From Truepera sp. (GTDB taxonomy: Bacteria > Deinococcota > Deinococci > Deinococcales > Trueperaceae): DNA of 64,000 nt. The notes under the pieces are model-generated. The model had not been told where the DNA came from. It made no database searches and saw nothing but the letters and a program-made list of their open reading frames with translations. The stretch lies in NCBI GenBank assembly GCA_965218435.1, contig CBDCKW010000009.1:576001-640000 (forward strand), in the 5' to 3' direction. Both the position numbers and the translations under genes were made by a program. Below are positions 62,357 to 64,000 of this stretch, in pieces. Position 1 is the stretch's first letter. Every line of letters starts with the position of its first letter.

Positions 62357-63403
62357 ATGTCTTTGACCGACTTTAACCGCAAGACCGAACTGGCGACCGC
62401 TAGAGTAGAGTCTGACCGCCTTAAACCCAGCTCGAGCGACCCGGTGCTGGCGCGGCAGTGGATGGTCTTGGCTCGCAGCGAAGATGTCACAGACGCGCCT
62501 ATACGTGCCGAACTCCTCGGCGAAGCGGTGGTGCTGTGGCGCAATGAAACCGGCCTGCACGCCTTTCGTGACCTCTGCATCCACCGGGGCGCAGCTCTGT
62601 CCCTCGGACGCGTTGAGGGGAGCGAACTTGTCTGCCTATACCACGGTTGGCGGTACGGCGGGGACGGGGCCTGTACCCGGATTCCGGCGCAACCTGCCGA
62701 GGCTAAAGTGCCGACGAAGGCCAGGGCGCTCGTGTATGCGTGTGAAGAGCGGTATGGATTGGTTTGGGTAGCACTAGAAGCTCCCGAAAACGACGTGCCG
62801 GAGTACCTCGAGACTACTGAACCCGGCTTCACCACCCTCAGCGTCGGCCCTTATAAGTTACAAGCCGAACCGCCTAGGGTTATCGAAAACTTTTTAGACG
62901 TCTCGCACCTGATGTGGGTACATGAAGGCTTGTTGGGCGTCCCTGACTACGCTGAAATCCCTGAGCACCACGTTCACCGCGTTAGCAACACGCTTAGAAG
63001 CGACCCAATAGACATCTTTCAACCCGACCCCGACGGACGCGGCAAGGCGCTCACGAACCGCTACGTCTACGAAGTCTTGGCCCCGACCACGGCCCGCTTC
63101 CGCAAAACCGACCCGGACACCGGCGAGGTCTTTTCGATGCTGTTGCACGCGACGCCGACCGCCGCAGGGGAGACGCTCGCTTACGCGCTGCTATCGCGCA
63201 ATTACGACCTGGACGCACCCGACGAGACGTATATAGATTTTCAAAACACGCTGATGGCGCAGGACAAACGCATTATCGAGTCGCAGCGACCGGAGAACTT
63301 GCCGTTAGATTTACAGGTGGAGCTGCACCTCAAGTCGGACAGGTTGGCGATTGCGTATCGGCGGTACCTGCATGAGTTGGGGGTAGCGCGGGGGACGGCG
63401 TAG
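62357..63403 (+). CDS. Rieske non-heme iron oxygenase (VanA/NdmA demethylase-like)
   Basis: CIHRG...CLYHGW Rieske motif; ENFLDVSH..WVH; QDK; promoter TTGACG-17nt-TACCGT ending 5 nt before ATG. Confidence 0.88.
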   Translation: MSLTDFNRKTELATARVESDRLKPSSSDPVLARQWMVLARSEDVTDAPIRAELLGEAVVLWRNETGLHAFRDLCIHRGAALSLGRVEGSELVCLYHGWRYGGDGACTRIPAQPAEAKVPTKARALVYACEERYGLVWVALEAPENDVPEYLETTEPGFTTLSVGPYKLQAEPPRVIENFLDVSHLMWVHEGLLGVPDYAEIPEHHVHRVSNTLRSDPIDIFQPDPDGRGKALTNRYVYEVLAPTTARFRKTDPDTGEVFSMLLHATPTAAGETLAYALLSRNYDLDAPDETYIDFQNTLMAQDKRIIESQRPENLPLDLQVELHLKSDRLAIAYRRYLHELGVARGTA

Positions 63404-63418
63404 GTGTAGACAGACGAT

Positions 63419-64000
63419 TTATGGCTGAGTGTTAGGGCGGTATAAGCGCCTTGTAATAACGAGGTAGGTTGCCAGAGCTATAGCTAAAATGATTGCGGGA
63501 AATGTAAAGGATATAAATCCAAACTTTTGAGCGGCTCCTCCTAAAAGAGGTGGCCCCGTAAACAAGCCGACCTCGAAAAATGCATAAAAAGTACCTCCGG
63601 CAGTTGCCCTTTCTGCTTCGCCAGCTCGTGCTACGGCCCAACTTAAAAGTCCCGGCATGGCTGCACCTGTACCCACTCCAAAGAAAAAAGGAGCGACAAA
63701 AAGAAACAAATCCGAGTGTGTGGTGCCGAGCAGAATTAGTGCCAGAGATGCGAGTGCAAGCCCCGGAACAACGACCCAACTTCTTCCTTTCTGTGTTGCA
63801 AGAGGCCCAGCCACAAACCTTACTAAAATGGAACCAAGTGCCGAGCAAGTCAGCAGCAAACCGACGTTCTCAACGCCTCTACCGGCAGCAAGCAGCGGAG
63901 CGAAAGCCGCAAATGACCCCGAGGCGACAGCTACCGCGCCGCCAAACAAACCAGGGACGAGAGCTGCAGGCACGTAAGGGCGATAGTTGGAAGTTGGGTT
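63419..64000 (-). CDS. MFS transporter, C-terminal half; 5' end outside the window
   Basis: Six transmembrane segments, R..AG.LA...GR loop, GPPLLG; frame open to the window edge. Confidence 0.75.
   Translation of the reverse strand, partial: NPTSNYRPYVPAALVPGLFGGAVAVASGSFAAFAPLLAAGRGVENVGLLLTCSALGSILVRFVAGPLATQKGRSWVVVPGLALASLALILLGTTHSDLFLFVAPFFFGVGTGAAMPGLLSWAVARAGEAERATAGGTFYAFFEVGLFTGPPLLGGAAQKFGFISFTFPAIILAIALATYLVITRRLYRPNTQP

Noticed and set aside
1..64000. tRNA, rRNA, integrase or prophage genes
   Set aside because: None recognised by eye; tRNAscan/Infernal was not run, so small RNAs could be missed

Overview
Bacterial chromosomal window, probably Deinococcota (Truepera/Meiothermus-like). 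This is inferred from gene content, widespread leaderless promoters and heavy CTCGAG enrichment. 1-10 kb is an accessory/defence region: a nuclease-N6-adenine methyltransferase gene (5' end outside the window), an HsdS-type specificity gene, two RxxxxH HEPN-like genes, a frameshifted IS with terminal inverted repeats, and gene remnants. 10-31 kb is an L-arabinose/galactoside utilisation cluster (GH2, ChvE-MmsAB ABC transporter, araB/araD/araA, a second ABC transporter, GH42, two paralogous LacI regulators with shared palindromic operators). 31-64 kb holds a frameshifted formate dehydrogenase, a TetR unit, a GmrSD-like gene, a decaying MarR-DoxX unit, methylmalonyl-CoA mutase, prfB with its +1 frameshift, dacA-cdaR-def-fmt-der, and a purine-flavoured block (adenine deaminase, BMP lipoprotein, Rieske oxygenase, MFS). 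The best candidate for an unusual system is a complete -1 ribosomal frameshift signal (upstream SD-like sequence, T_TTT_TTC heptamer, 15-bp hairpin) that would fuse the R-M methyltransferase to its specificity subunit, followed by a coupled HEPN gene. All family calls come from motif recognition by eye; no database search was run.
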